Shown here in pieces: positions 42,751 through 51,700 of a stretch of 64,000 nt of DNA. This DNA comes from Minisyncoccota bacterium (GTDB lineage: Bacteria > Patescibacteriota > Minisyncoccia > Phycocordibacterales > UBA9973): assembly GCA_041663185.1 (NCBI GenBank), contig JBAZQY010000002.1, positions 74,629-138,628 of the forward strand, given 5' to 3'. Each line of letters begins with the position of its first letter. Positions within the stretch are counted from its first letter, which is position 1. The notes under the pieces were generated by a model. It saw nothing but the letters and a program-made list of their open reading frames with translations, did no database searches and was not told the origin of the DNA. Position numbers and translations under genes: made by a program.

Positions 42751-43317
42751 TTATGGTGCAGGGCTTTTTGTTCTCTTTTTTAGGAGTTTTCTTATTAGTG
42801 GTATTATGTCAACCACTGTTTGGGTTCCAAGGGCGATAGGGAACAAGTGCTCTTCGGTTATGTATTCATTTAAAACACTTTTTTCAAATGTTAAAGAAAA
42901 AATACAGCCCAAAATAAAAAATGAATAGCCAATGATGTAGATAGGCCTTGGTTTTTTCCAACTTTCTTTTGTAAGTGGCCAACCGGCTATAACTTGAGCA
43001 ATTACCCCAAGGGTAATCACCAAATTTTTATCTTTAACAATTGGTTTTTCTCCATATTCTGACAAAGCCCAGAGAAGGAAAGTAACAATTACTAAAAATA
43101 AACTTATCATTTCATTTTTACCCCACCTTACCTTTTTTACCTTGAAGAATAAATAACCAGAGATTACCAATGATCCTCCTGACGATGCCATCAGTAAAAT
43201 AAATGGTGCTCGTCCTCCCTGCTCCAGGGTTGGAATTATAAGGGCAATATCAAGTAATAACCAAAGTATCCAGCTACAGAAACTTTGACCTTCACCCTTT
43301 TCTTTTATTATCCCCAA
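42751..43317 (-). CDS. Hypothetical multi-TM membrane protein.
   Basis: The ORF has 5-6 TM helices. Confidence 0.3.
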   Translation of the reverse strand: MGIIKEKGEGQSFCSWILWLLLDIALIIPTLEQGGRAPFILLMASSGGSLVISGYLFFKVKKVRWGKNEMISLFLVIVTFLLWALSEYGEKPIVKDKNLVITLGVIAQVIAGWPLTKESWKKPRPIYIIGYSFFILGCIFSLTFEKSVLNEYITEEHLFPIALGTQTVVDIIPLIRKLLKKRTKSPAP

Positions 43318-43512
43318 AAGTATGAAAATGTACGTAAGAACTCCTAATAGGATTAACAGTCAGTCATGACCAGTTAACCCCCAAAAAACTTGAAAAAACA
43401 TATTACCTCCTTTGTTTACTTTTAATTTACTCCTTTAATTATTTGTGGTCAAGTTAAAAGGGGTAATTTATTTGCTTGTGGTTGCTATTTACTGTTATAA
43501 TGCAAGTAATCT

Positions 43513-45807
43513 ATGGACAACGAAATTCCACACAATCGAGACGTCACTTATTTTGGAAAGACGAACTTTCGAAATAGCGATGACATCTTTGGAATAAAAC
43601 GTAAAGACCGTCGCCAGCACATGTACGTACTCGGAAAATCTGGTACTGGTAAATCTGTGCTCTTATCTAATCTTATTGTTCAGAATATTCAAAATGGAGA
43701 AGGTGTTTGTGTGGTTGACCCGCACGGAGAATTGGTGGAAGAGATTCTTCACCTTATCCCTGACTATCGAGCAAAAGATGTAATTTATTTTAATCCGGCT
43801 GATGCGGATTTTCACATTGGCTTTAATGTTATACAACTCGATGACCCAAAGTATAAGCACTTGGTAGCTTCAGGGTTGATGGGAATTTTCACGAAAATTT
43901 GGGCTAACGCTTGGAGTTCTCGTATGGAATACATTTTGAATAATGCAATTTTAGCGCTCCTTGATACTCCCGGAACGACGCTTTTGGGAATTCCAAGGTT
44001 GCTTGTGGACAAAGATTATCGTCAAATGATAATTGGTAATTTGAAAGATCCTGTTGTCAAAGCTTTTTGGGTTCACGAGTATGAACAGTGGCGTGATCAA
44101 TTCAGAAATGAAGCGATCGCTCCGATTCAAAACAAAGTTGGACAATTCCTCTCGACTTCGATTATTCGTAACGTCGTCGGTCAACAGAAATCGACCATTG
44201 ATATTTTTAAAATAATGAATGAGGGTAAAATTTTCCTTGTGAACGTTTCAAAGGGGCGTATCGGTGAAGATAACTCGGCACTTTTGGGAGGAATGATTAT
44301 TACCAAAATTCAGCTTGCGGCGATGGAGCGTGTCCGAATTCCAGAAGACGAAAGAAAAGACTTCTATCTATATGTCGACGAATTTCAGAACTTTGCGACT
44401 GACTCGTTTGCAAACATTTTATCTGAAGCTCGTAAGTATCGTCTCAATCTTACTATTGCTCACCAATATACAGCTCAACTTGAGAATAAAGACGGGTCAA
44501 AAGTTCGTGACGCGGTTTTTGGTAACGTTGGAACGATGATAATATTCCGCGTGGGTGCTGATGATGCCGAATTTTTAGAAAAAGAGTTTGAGCCAGAATT
44601 TACTGCTCAGGATTTAGTGAACTTACCAAACTTTCATATCTATCTAAAATTAATGATTGACGGGATTACTAGTCGGCCATTTTCGGCATCGACCCTACCA
44701 CCCATAAAAGTAGATTTATCAAAAGGAATTAAAGACAAAATTATAGAATCATCTCGTAAGCTTTATACTCGTTCGAGAGAAGTAGTTGAGGGTGAAATTA
44801 CAAAATGGAGTGGTATGCTCCAAATGACTGACGGGGAATCAAAATATAAAGCAACTTGTTCCAACTGTAAACAAGAGACGATGGTACCCTTTGAACCCAA
44901 AGAAGGTCGCCCCGTATATTGTAAAGATTGTATGTTCAAAATTAAAAATGGCGAACTTAATCCTGGGCAGGGATTTGTGGCTTCTCGTTCTGCAGGCCAG
45001 ACAGAAAAAGCTTCGACGGAACCGTTAGCTCTTTTAGGAATTGAATTCAAATCAACAACAGGTCCTGGTGGCGCAGGGACTCGGTCATCTACCCCTAGTG
45101 ATTCAGGGAGCTTTTCAAAAGGTTCTGAACAAACATATCAAAAACCAGACTATTCTAATAAAAAAGATTATCAAAATAAACCGAATTATTCTAATAGACC
45201 CAATAATGGGAACAAGCCGAATTTTCCAGAGAGAAAAAAACATGCTGGCCCGTCGCCACTTTTGAAAGGGTTATTAGAAAAAATTGGAATGGGTAAAAAT
45301 GAGGAAGACCAGAAGGGAAATTTAAAAGTAGAAGAAGTTAAAATTCCGACACCCGCTCCGATGTCTTTGTCTAGTTTAAAAAGAAATAATAATGGAACCC
45401 CTCAAGTACCAGCTACACCACCAGTCACAAAGGAAGCTTCCGAGGAGAATAAGGCATCACTTAAAGATGTATTAGCAAGAGTGACGAATAATGTTCCCCC
45501 TAAACAAGAGGAAGTTAAACCAGAACCTGTTGTAAAAAAACCCCCTTCCGTACAAGGTTCTATCGAGGCCAAGGAAGAGCCCAAAGTGGAAGAAATAAAG
45601 AAAGAAGAAGTAAGGCCAGAACCTGTGATACAACCTGAAATTAAAATCGAGGAGGCAAAGCCTGCTTCCACACAAAGCTCCAGCGATGCAAAGCCCGCCT
45701 CCGCCTTAAGCTATAGTGAGGCGAAGGGAGACAAAGATGATTCTTGGCAGAAACCTAAAGCAAAAAAAGAAGTCCCTGAAGATGTTTTACGTAAATTATT
45801 AGAGTAA
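43513..45807 (+). CDS. TraD/VirD4-like coupling-protein-type P-loop ATPase with a C-terminal zinc ribbon and a long low-complexity tail.
   Basis: HMYVLGKSGTGKSVLLSNLI, VVDPHGEL, YLYVDEFQN and AHQYTAQL are present. The zinc ribbon is CSNCKQ...CKDC. The tail has KPEPV/KEE repeats. It is paralogous to the 35553 gene. Confidence 0.55.
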   Translation: MDNEIPHNRDVTYFGKTNFRNSDDIFGIKRKDRRQHMYVLGKSGTGKSVLLSNLIVQNIQNGEGVCVVDPHGELVEEILHLIPDYRAKDVIYFNPADADFHIGFNVIQLDDPKYKHLVASGLMGIFTKIWANAWSSRMEYILNNAILALLDTPGTTLLGIPRLLVDKDYRQMIIGNLKDPVVKAFWVHEYEQWRDQFRNEAIAPIQNKVGQFLSTSIIRNVVGQQKSTIDIFKIMNEGKIFLVNVSKGRIGEDNSALLGGMIITKIQLAAMERVRIPEDERKDFYLYVDEFQNFATDSFANILSEARKYRLNLTIAHQYTAQLENKDGSKVRDAVFGNVGTMIIFRVGADDAEFLEKEFEPEFTAQDLVNLPNFHIYLKLMIDGITSRPFSASTLPPIKVDLSKGIKDKIIESSRKLYTRSREVVEGEITKWSGMLQMTDGESKYKATCSNCKQETMVPFEPKEGRPVYCKDCMFKIKNGELNPGQGFVASRSAGQTEKASTEPLALLGIEFKSTTGPGGAGTRSSTPSDSGSFSKGSEQTYQKPDYSNKKDYQNKPNYSNRPNNGNKPNFPERKKHAGPSPLLKGLLEKIGMGKNEEDQKGNLKVEEVKIPTPAPMSLSSLKRNNNGTPQVPATPPVTKEASEENKASLKDVLARVTNNVPPKQEEVKPEPVVKKPPSVQGSIEAKEEPKVEEIKKEEVRPEPVIQPEIKIEEAKPASTQSSSDAKPASALSYSEAKGDKDDSWQKPKAKKEVPEDVLRKLLE

Positions 45808-45819
45808 ATTTAATTTTTT

Positions 45820-47202
45820 ATGAATATAGATAAATTAAAATCCTACATTATTTTTGTCGCGGTGTTTTTCTCTTGGGTAAGTTTTGCTAGTGCTAATTTA
45901 GAAATTTCTAATATAATGTATGACCCAGAAGGGGCCGATACTAATCGTGAGTGGGTAGAATTATATAATAATGGGAATGAAAGTATTACAATAGTGTCGG
46001 GTAAATCTGGTTCGGCTTGGCGCTTGGGAGATGGTCCGACAGGAGAAACACTTCACTATATTAATGATACCTTAACAATAGCACCTGGTGAATCTGCTAT
46101 CTTAGCCAGTGATAAAGATACTTATCTTTCAGAATATTCATACTCTGGAGAAGTTGCAGATACTTCAATGTCCCTAAATAATACAAGTGGTATTGTGACA
46201 ATCTGGGATGGATCAGATCCTAGAAATGTAATAGTTTCAAAATCATACAGTTCAAGTGATACAGGAGAGAGTGAAGAAGTAGCTAGTGGGGATGAAAATA
46301 ATACAAATGATGCTAAAGATGACTTAGAGCCCACACAGGATAATTCAACTATTCTTAAAATAACAACGAAAATTATTTCACCCAAGATTGTTGTTGCTCG
46401 AACGCCGTTCTCTTTTAATTCATTAACTACAACGAATAGGGGACAAACTTATGCAACGGGGAAATGGGTTTGGAATTTTGGTGATGGGATGACAAGCCAA
46501 GTTATTGAAACTGGACCATTTGCTTATGTATATGAATATCCTGGTGAGTATGCTTTAACCTTGTCATATTTTGATAATAGTTTCACTTTGGTACCAGACG
46601 CCACAGATAAAATTATTATTAAAGTTATAGAATCGGAAGTTTATATAAGTGCAGTTGGAGATAATGGTGACCCATTTGTTGAAATTGAAAATCAATCAAA
46701 ATACGAAGTAGATCTTTCTGGTTGGATTGTCACAGCTGGGACACATTATTTCAAGATTCCTGAGGGGACAATACTCTTACCAGATAAAAAAATAAAACTT
46801 TCACCCAAGATTACCGGGTTTACTTCTTTTGATTTAGCCTCAATTGTGATTACAAATCCAAATAAATTTGTAATTGCGACTTACCCAGTTCAGATAAAAC
46901 AATTTAAGGTAGATAAAATTGATACAAATGGAACAACTCCTGAATCAGACAAAGTTTATATCAATAATAAAGCTTCTGAAAATTCTCCATCAGATGATTC
47001 AGAAATCATAAATCTAAATGATCTGGGAGCAAGCGCGTCTGGGGCAAAAGTTAATATTTCAAAAACTGTTTACTCACTTGTGGGGCTTTTGCTTATAATT
47101 GGTCTAGGAGTCACTAGTTTTTTGTTAATAAAAAAGAAAAACAACACCCCTGATTATGTAGAAAAACAAATCCGTGCTGAAGATATGACGATAATTGAAT
47201 AA
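45820..47202 (+). CDS. Cell-surface protein with two lamin-tail (LTD) domains, a central PKD-like domain and a C-terminal TM anchor.
   Basis: A signal peptide is present. The LTD motifs are LEISNIMYDPEGADTNREWVELYNNG and FVEIENQSKYEVDLSGW. The PKD-like motif is WNFGDG. A C-terminal TM helix follows. Confidence 0.55.
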   Translation: MNIDKLKSYIIFVAVFFSWVSFASANLEISNIMYDPEGADTNREWVELYNNGNESITIVSGKSGSAWRLGDGPTGETLHYINDTLTIAPGESAILASDKDTYLSEYSYSGEVADTSMSLNNTSGIVTIWDGSDPRNVIVSKSYSSSDTGESEEVASGDENNTNDAKDDLEPTQDNSTILKITTKIISPKIVVARTPFSFNSLTTTNRGQTYATGKWVWNFGDGMTSQVIETGPFAYVYEYPGEYALTLSYFDNSFTLVPDATDKIIIKVIESEVYISAVGDNGDPFVEIENQSKYEVDLSGWIVTAGTHYFKIPEGTILLPDKKIKLSPKITGFTSFDLASIVITNPNKFVIATYPVQIKQFKVDKIDTNGTTPESDKVYINNKASENSPSDDSEIINLNDLGASASGAKVNISKTVYSLVGLLLIIGLGVTSFLLIKKKNNTPDYVEKQIRAEDMTIIE

Positions 47203-47212
47203 AGCAGGAGAC

Positions 47213-47298
47213 GAAAACGGAGCAGAAATTTGAAAATTATTCGCGCTTTACCCTAAAGGGCTCCGACACGACTCATAATTTTCAAATTTCTGCTCCGT
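47213..47298 (+). repeat. Structured palindromic repeat element, subfamily B, copy B3 (intergenic). It forms a large hairpin acting as a bidirectional terminator between convergent genes.
   Basis: The 27-bp perfect inverted repeat is aaaacggagcagaaatttgaaaattat versus ataattttcaaatttctgctccgtttt, around the core tcgcgctttaccctaaagggctccgacacgac. A T-run follows. Confidence 0.8.
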
Positions 47299-47300
47299 TT

Positions 47301-47879
47301 TTAACCTATTTTTTCTAACGCTTTTGGAATTTTTTTGAAATCTTTTATTAGTGTTTCTCTCATTCCGCCATTATACAAAGCGGCGGCGGGATGATATAAG
47401 GGAAGGAACGCTTGTTTGCCGAGTTCTGGGGTGGTTTTTATCAAAAGTTTACCGTGAATGTCGGATATTTTTTCAGTAGGAAAGAATCTAGTCATTGAAT
47501 GTCGGCCAAGAAAAACAATTAATTTGGGAGAAATTATTTTTAATTCATTTATAAGCCATTCGTTGCAGGCTTCTTTTTCTTCAGGTTCAGGGTCACGATT
47601 GTTTGGTGGACGATATTTTACAATATTTGTGACATAAATATCTTCACGTTTTTTTCCGATACCCATTAGCATTTCTTCTAGAAACTTTCCGGCGGATCCG
47701 ACAAATGGAATTCCTTTTAGGTCTTCATTTTTACCCGGCGCTTCACCAATAAAAACAATTTCGCTTTCTGCATTTCCGTTGCCAAAAACAGCCTGGGTGG
47801 CTGTTTTTCTCAATCCACACTCGCAATTCTCCTGCCAATACTTATTTAATTCGTCTAATTTTTCACGTTTTGATAGCAT
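47301..47879 (-). CDS. Family-4 uracil-DNA glycosylase.
   Basis: GEAPGKNEDLKGIPFVGSAGKFL is the family-4 UDG motif A. HPAAALYN is motif B. An Fe-S Cys cluster is at the N-terminus. Confidence 0.8.
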   Translation of the reverse strand: MLSKREKLDELNKYWQENCECGLRKTATQAVFGNGNAESEIVFIGEAPGKNEDLKGIPFVGSAGKFLEEMLMGIGKKREDIYVTNIVKYRPPNNRDPEPEEKEACNEWLINELKIISPKLIVFLGRHSMTRFFPTEKISDIHGKLLIKTTPELGKQAFLPLYHPAAALYNGGMRETLIKDFKKIPKALEKIG

Positions 47880-47993
47880 GGTGTTATTTTAGCATTTTAA
47901 GTATAAGTAGTATAACCCCGTAGTGAATTTTTGAAAAAAAATCTACTACGGGGTATAATAACGAAAAACAAACAAATATAGGAGGCAAAAAAT

Positions 47994-48242
47994 ATGCGTC
48001 AGATAAGAACATATAGACATAAAGCCCGAACTTACCATTGGTGTTGTCTATGCACAAGACAGATTGCTCCCGGGGACATTTACGCAGGAAACGTGATGGT
48101 TATAAACAACAAATTATTTGTCCACAAGGAACATGTTGACCCATGTTGTAACCCACCTGAAGAAGAATTTCTTAGTTCTATGAATGAGAAAGAAGGGAAA
48201 GAGGTGTTAATGGAACAACAATCTCAAAAAGTAGCGGCTTAA
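47994..48242 (+). CDS. Small Cys-containing hypothetical protein.
   Basis: This is an ORF only. Confidence 0.2.
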   Translation: MRQIRTYRHKARTYHWCCLCTRQIAPGDIYAGNVMVINNKLFVHKEHVDPCCNPPEEEFLSSMNEKEGKEVLMEQQSQKVAA

Positions 48243-48283
48243 TTAAAAACTACCAGGTAAGATCTAGTAGTTTTTTTAATTTC

Positions 48284-49798
48284 TTATTTAATAATTTTGA
48301 TATCAGCACCAATGGAGTTTAAGCGTTCAGCAATTTCTTCGTATCCGCGACTAATCATATAGACATTGCGTAGAATTGAAGTCCCTGGGGCCGCTAACAT
48401 TGATACAAGGATAACCATAGAAGGACGAAGAGCCGGTGGACAGACAACTTGAGCAGGTTTTAATGGTGTTCCACCTTGGATATAAACGCGATGTGGGTCA
48501 GCGAGAGTTACATTGGCTCCAAGGCGATTTAGCTCTGTAAAATAAATTGCTCGATTTTCATAAACCCAATCGTGAATCATTGTTTGGCCTTTGGCTTTTA
48601 TGGCAATTGGGACAAAAAATGGTAAGTTATCGATGTTTATTCCAGGGTAAGGATTGGTGGAAATTTTATCGAAAAGGGCTGTTAATTTACCAGGTAATAT
48701 TTTAATATCAACTAATTTCGTTCGTCCATTAAAGGATAAATATTTTTTAAGTATTTTGTATTTCAGGCCCATTCTTTTCATTTTTTCTAATTCAAGAGAA
48801 AGGAAATCTATCGGGCAACGAGTGATTGTCAGTTCTGAGTCAGTGATAACAGCGGCAGATATAAACATCATCGATTCGATTGGATCTTCACTGTTCCAGT
48901 ATTCAATATTTTTATTAATATCTTTCACTCCATGTACAGTTAAGGTGGAAGTTCCAATGCCGTCTATTTTTACGCCAAGCGCCTCAAGGAAGAAACAAAC
49001 TTCTTGGACCATATAATTTGCACTAGCAAAACTAATATTTGTTACACCATTTATTTTTGCCGAGGCAGTAAGAACATTCTCACAAGCAGTATCACCAGAT
49101 TCATACATGACGATGTTGTTTGGTTTTAGCTTTTTTGATTCTATCTCGTAGTTTGTTGCTGTCGTCTTTATTTTAACTCCTAAATCCTCAAGAGCATATG
49201 TATGGGCGGCAATAGTTCGTTTTCCGAGGTTACACCCCTGGGCATGGGGGAGTTTGAAAGCAGGGAACAGGTGAATAAGTGGACCCATAAACATAACGAT
49301 AGAGCGAGTTCTGATTGCTGATTCAACATTTATTTTGTTCAAATCGAGTTTTTCAGGTGGAATAATAATGAGAGAGTTACGGTCAATCCATTTAATTTCT
49401 ACTCCGATACTCTCAAGAATTTCGATAACCCTATTTACTTCTTCAATACGGGCAATGCCATGGAGAGTTGTTTTTCCCTTATTGAGTAGAGAGGCGCACA
49501 AAAGTCCAACAGAGCCATTTTTAGAAAAGTTTGTTTTAATACTCCCGTGTAATTTTTTCCCACCGCTCACCTTGAAATCAATAGAATCATTGATTGAGAC
49601 AATTTGATGATCAAGCACCTTACTTATTTTAAGAAGTAGTTCGGTTGTGAAATTTTGTTCACCTTTTTCCATCCGGGGAACTGAACTTTGTGAAGTATCT
49701 AACGCTTTGGCGAATGCCTCCTGAGTCATTCCTCGACGTTCCCGTAATTCCTTTATAAAATAACCTATTTTTTGTTGCTCTGTTTTTTCTTTTTTCAT
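48284..49798 (-). CDS. murA: UDP-N-acetylglucosamine 1-carboxyvinyltransferase MurA with an N-terminal XRE-type HTH domain fusion.
   Basis: GMTQEAFAKALDTSQSSVPRMEKGE is the HTH_XRE motif. The EPSP-synthase fold of MurA follows (KVSGGKKLHGSIKTNFSKNGSV...). Confidence 0.75.
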   Translation of the reverse strand: MKKEKTEQQKIGYFIKELRERRGMTQEAFAKALDTSQSSVPRMEKGEQNFTTELLLKISKVLDHQIVSINDSIDFKVSGGKKLHGSIKTNFSKNGSVGLLCASLLNKGKTTLHGIARIEEVNRVIEILESIGVEIKWIDRNSLIIIPPEKLDLNKINVESAIRTRSIVMFMGPLIHLFPAFKLPHAQGCNLGKRTIAAHTYALEDLGVKIKTTATNYEIESKKLKPNNIVMYESGDTACENVLTASAKINGVTNISFASANYMVQEVCFFLEALGVKIDGIGTSTLTVHGVKDINKNIEYWNSEDPIESMMFISAAVITDSELTITRCPIDFLSLELEKMKRMGLKYKILKKYLSFNGRTKLVDIKILPGKLTALFDKISTNPYPGINIDNLPFFVPIAIKAKGQTMIHDWVYENRAIYFTELNRLGANVTLADPHRVYIQGGTPLKPAQVVCPPALRPSMVILVSMLAAPGTSILRNVYMISRGYEEIAERLNSIGADIKIIK

Positions 49799-49838
49799 AT
49801 TTACAATTTTATCTCATATATGATATAATTGCAATAGG

Positions 49839-50963
49839 ATGAATGTCAAAGAATATGTGGATATCAAAAATTATTCCACCCTTAAAATAGGTGGGCAGTT
49901 TCGCTATTTTGCAGAAATAGATAATAAAAAAGAGCTGAAGGACGTTTATGATTTTGCGGAACAAAAGAATATTCCTGTGTTTATATTGGGAGGTGGTTCA
50001 AATATTGTTTTTTCCGATGGAGTTATAAATGTTTTAGCTCTGAAGGTTGAAATTAAAGGTTTCGACATAATAAATGAAGACGACGATTTTGTTGATATAA
50101 AAGTTGGGGCGGGAGAAATTTGGGATGAAATTGTCGAAAAAACCATCGAGATGAATTTATCGGGGCTTGAAGCTCTTTCGGCCATTCCAGGTACTGTCGG
50201 GGCAACACCAGTTCAAAATGTCGGAGCTTATGGAGCAGAAGTTAAAGACACGATTATTTCTGTAGAGGTTTTTGATATTAAAAATCAAACGATAACTTTT
50301 CTATCAAATGAGGATTGTAAATTCGGATATCGAGATAGTATTTTCAAAAATGAAGCCAAGGGTAAATATGTCATAACGGCGGTGACCTATAGATTGAAAA
50401 ATATAGACATAGACCAGCAAGATATTCCTTCTAAAAATCGCTTATCCCTACCGCATCCTTCGGATTCGGCGCACGCCCACACCTACGATTTTTATAAGCA
50501 ATATCTTGCTGGTCTTCCGGTTATGAATTACCCAGGAGTTAAAAAGTATTTTGAAGATAAAAAAATAGAAAATCTCACCTTGAAACAAATTCGGGAGGCG
50601 ATAATAGAGATAAGAAAAGAGAAATTACCAAATCCAAAAATAATTCCGAATGTTGGCTCATTTTTTAAAAATCCAATTGTTGAAAATAAAATAGCTGAGG
50701 ACATTAAGGAAAAGTTTCCTAATTTGAGATTATTTCCAGTTGATGAAAAAATAACAAAAATTCCCGCTGGCTGGCTTATCGAAAATGCTGGGTTAAAAGG
50801 GAAGTCGCTTGGTAATATTTCTGTCTATGATAAAAATGCACTTGTCTTAATAAATAATGGAAATGCTTCAAAAGAAGATTTACTAGAAGCAAAAAATGAA
50901 ATAGTTAAAATAGTCAAAGAAAAATTCGGAATAACCTTAGAGCAAGAACCCGAGATTTTATAA
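49839..50963 (+). CDS. murB: UDP-N-acetylenolpyruvoylglucosamine reductase MurB, carrying an in-frame subfamily-A repeat insertion.
   Basis: The FAD-binding domain (LKIGGQ...ILGGGSNIVF, GLEALSAIPGTVGATPVQNVGAYG) and the C-terminal domain are present. The insert is translated as ...KNRLSLPHPSDSAHAHTYDFYKQ... Confidence 0.8.
   Translation: MNVKEYVDIKNYSTLKIGGQFRYFAEIDNKKELKDVYDFAEQKNIPVFILGGGSNIVFSDGVINVLALKVEIKGFDIINEDDDFVDIKVGAGEIWDEIVEKTIEMNLSGLEALSAIPGTVGATPVQNVGAYGAEVKDTIISVEVFDIKNQTITFLSNEDCKFGYRDSIFKNEAKGKYVITAVTYRLKNIDIDQQDIPSKNRLSLPHPSDSAHAHTYDFYKQYLAGLPVMNYPGVKKYFEDKKIENLTLKQIREAIIEIRKEKLPNPKIIPNVGSFFKNPIVENKIAEDIKEKFPNLRLFPVDEKITKIPAGWLIENAGLKGKSLGNISVYDKNALVLINNGNASKEDLLEAKNEIVKIVKEKFGITLEQEPEIL
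50414..50512 (+). repeat. Structured palindromic repeat element, subfamily A, copy A3. It is in-frame in murB.
   Basis: The core cgcttatccctaccgcatccttcggattcggcgcacgcccacacctac is flanked by a 27-bp copy-specific inverted repeat, ccagcaagatattccttctaaaaatcg versus cgatttttataagcaatatcttgctgg. Confidence 0.8.
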
Positions 50964-51033
50964 TTAATTACGAATTACTAATTAAGAATTAATAATTTAA
51001 AATCACTAAACAATGTTTAGTGATTTTGCTTTG

Positions 51034-51115
51034 TGCCGGAGGAGAGAATCGAACTCTCACCCCTTACGAGACACGATTTTGAGTCGTGCGCGTCTACCAA
51101 TTCCGCCACTCCGGC
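51034..51115 (-). tRNA. tRNA-Leu (anticodon CAA)
   Basis: The reverse complement GCCGGAGTGGCGGAATTGGTAGACGCGCACGACTCAAAATCGTG...GGTTCGATTCTCTCCTCCGGCA has a long variable arm and a CTCAAAA anticodon loop. The 51013 ORF on the plus strand is an artefact of this tRNA. Confidence 0.8.
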
Positions 51116-51172
51116 AATGTCAACATTCTATCAGAAAAGAAGGCAAAAGCAATAAAAAACATATATTATTGA

Positions 51173-51628
51173 CTAATATATGTTTTTGGGAAGTTCATTT
51201 TCTGTAAACACTTTAATTTTTTCTTTTAATAAAAGATTTGTAAATACTCCGTTTCCAGGAATTAATTTTCCTGAAAAGGTACCGTCATATACTTCACCGT
51301 AACCGCAAGATGGAGATTTTGATTTTAAAATTGCCATATTACATTTTCTAGTTTTTGCGACTATCAGTGCTTCTTTTGCTCCATCAATAAACTGATTAGT
51401 GAGATCTTCCCCACTTTTTGTAATAATTTTATTATTATTACATTCGGCTGGTTCTCGTGGGGTGGTCATTCCACCTAATATTTCTGGGCAAACAGTGATT
51501 GCCTTACCTTGATTAACTAAATCAATAACTTGTTTACAGGGACTTGCTTTTCTGTTGTATCGGCAATGTATTCCGGCAAGACACGCGCTAACAATAAATT
51601 TATTTTTCATAGGGAAATCTTTTTTCAC
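51173..51628 (-). CDS. DUF523-family protein (TudS-like 2-thiouracil desulfidase family).
   Basis: FIVSACLAGIHCRYNRK...VCPEILGGMTTPREPAE matches the DUF523 Cys motifs. Confidence 0.6.
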   Translation of the reverse strand: MKKDFPMKNKFIVSACLAGIHCRYNRKASPCKQVIDLVNQGKAITVCPEILGGMTTPREPAECNNNKIITKSGEDLTNQFIDGAKEALIVAKTRKCNMAILKSKSPSCGYGEVYDGTFSGKLIPGNGVFTNLLLKEKIKVFTENELPKNIY

Positions 51629-51700
51629 ACTTTATAATATTCTAATCAATTTGTCAAAGGTTTTTAATAAGAGATATTTAGTGCTAGAATAACATTACAG

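Noticed and set aside
51013-51207. 64-aa ORF on the plus strand.
   Set aside because: It overlaps the minus-strand tRNA-Leu(CAA) and is a translation artefact.
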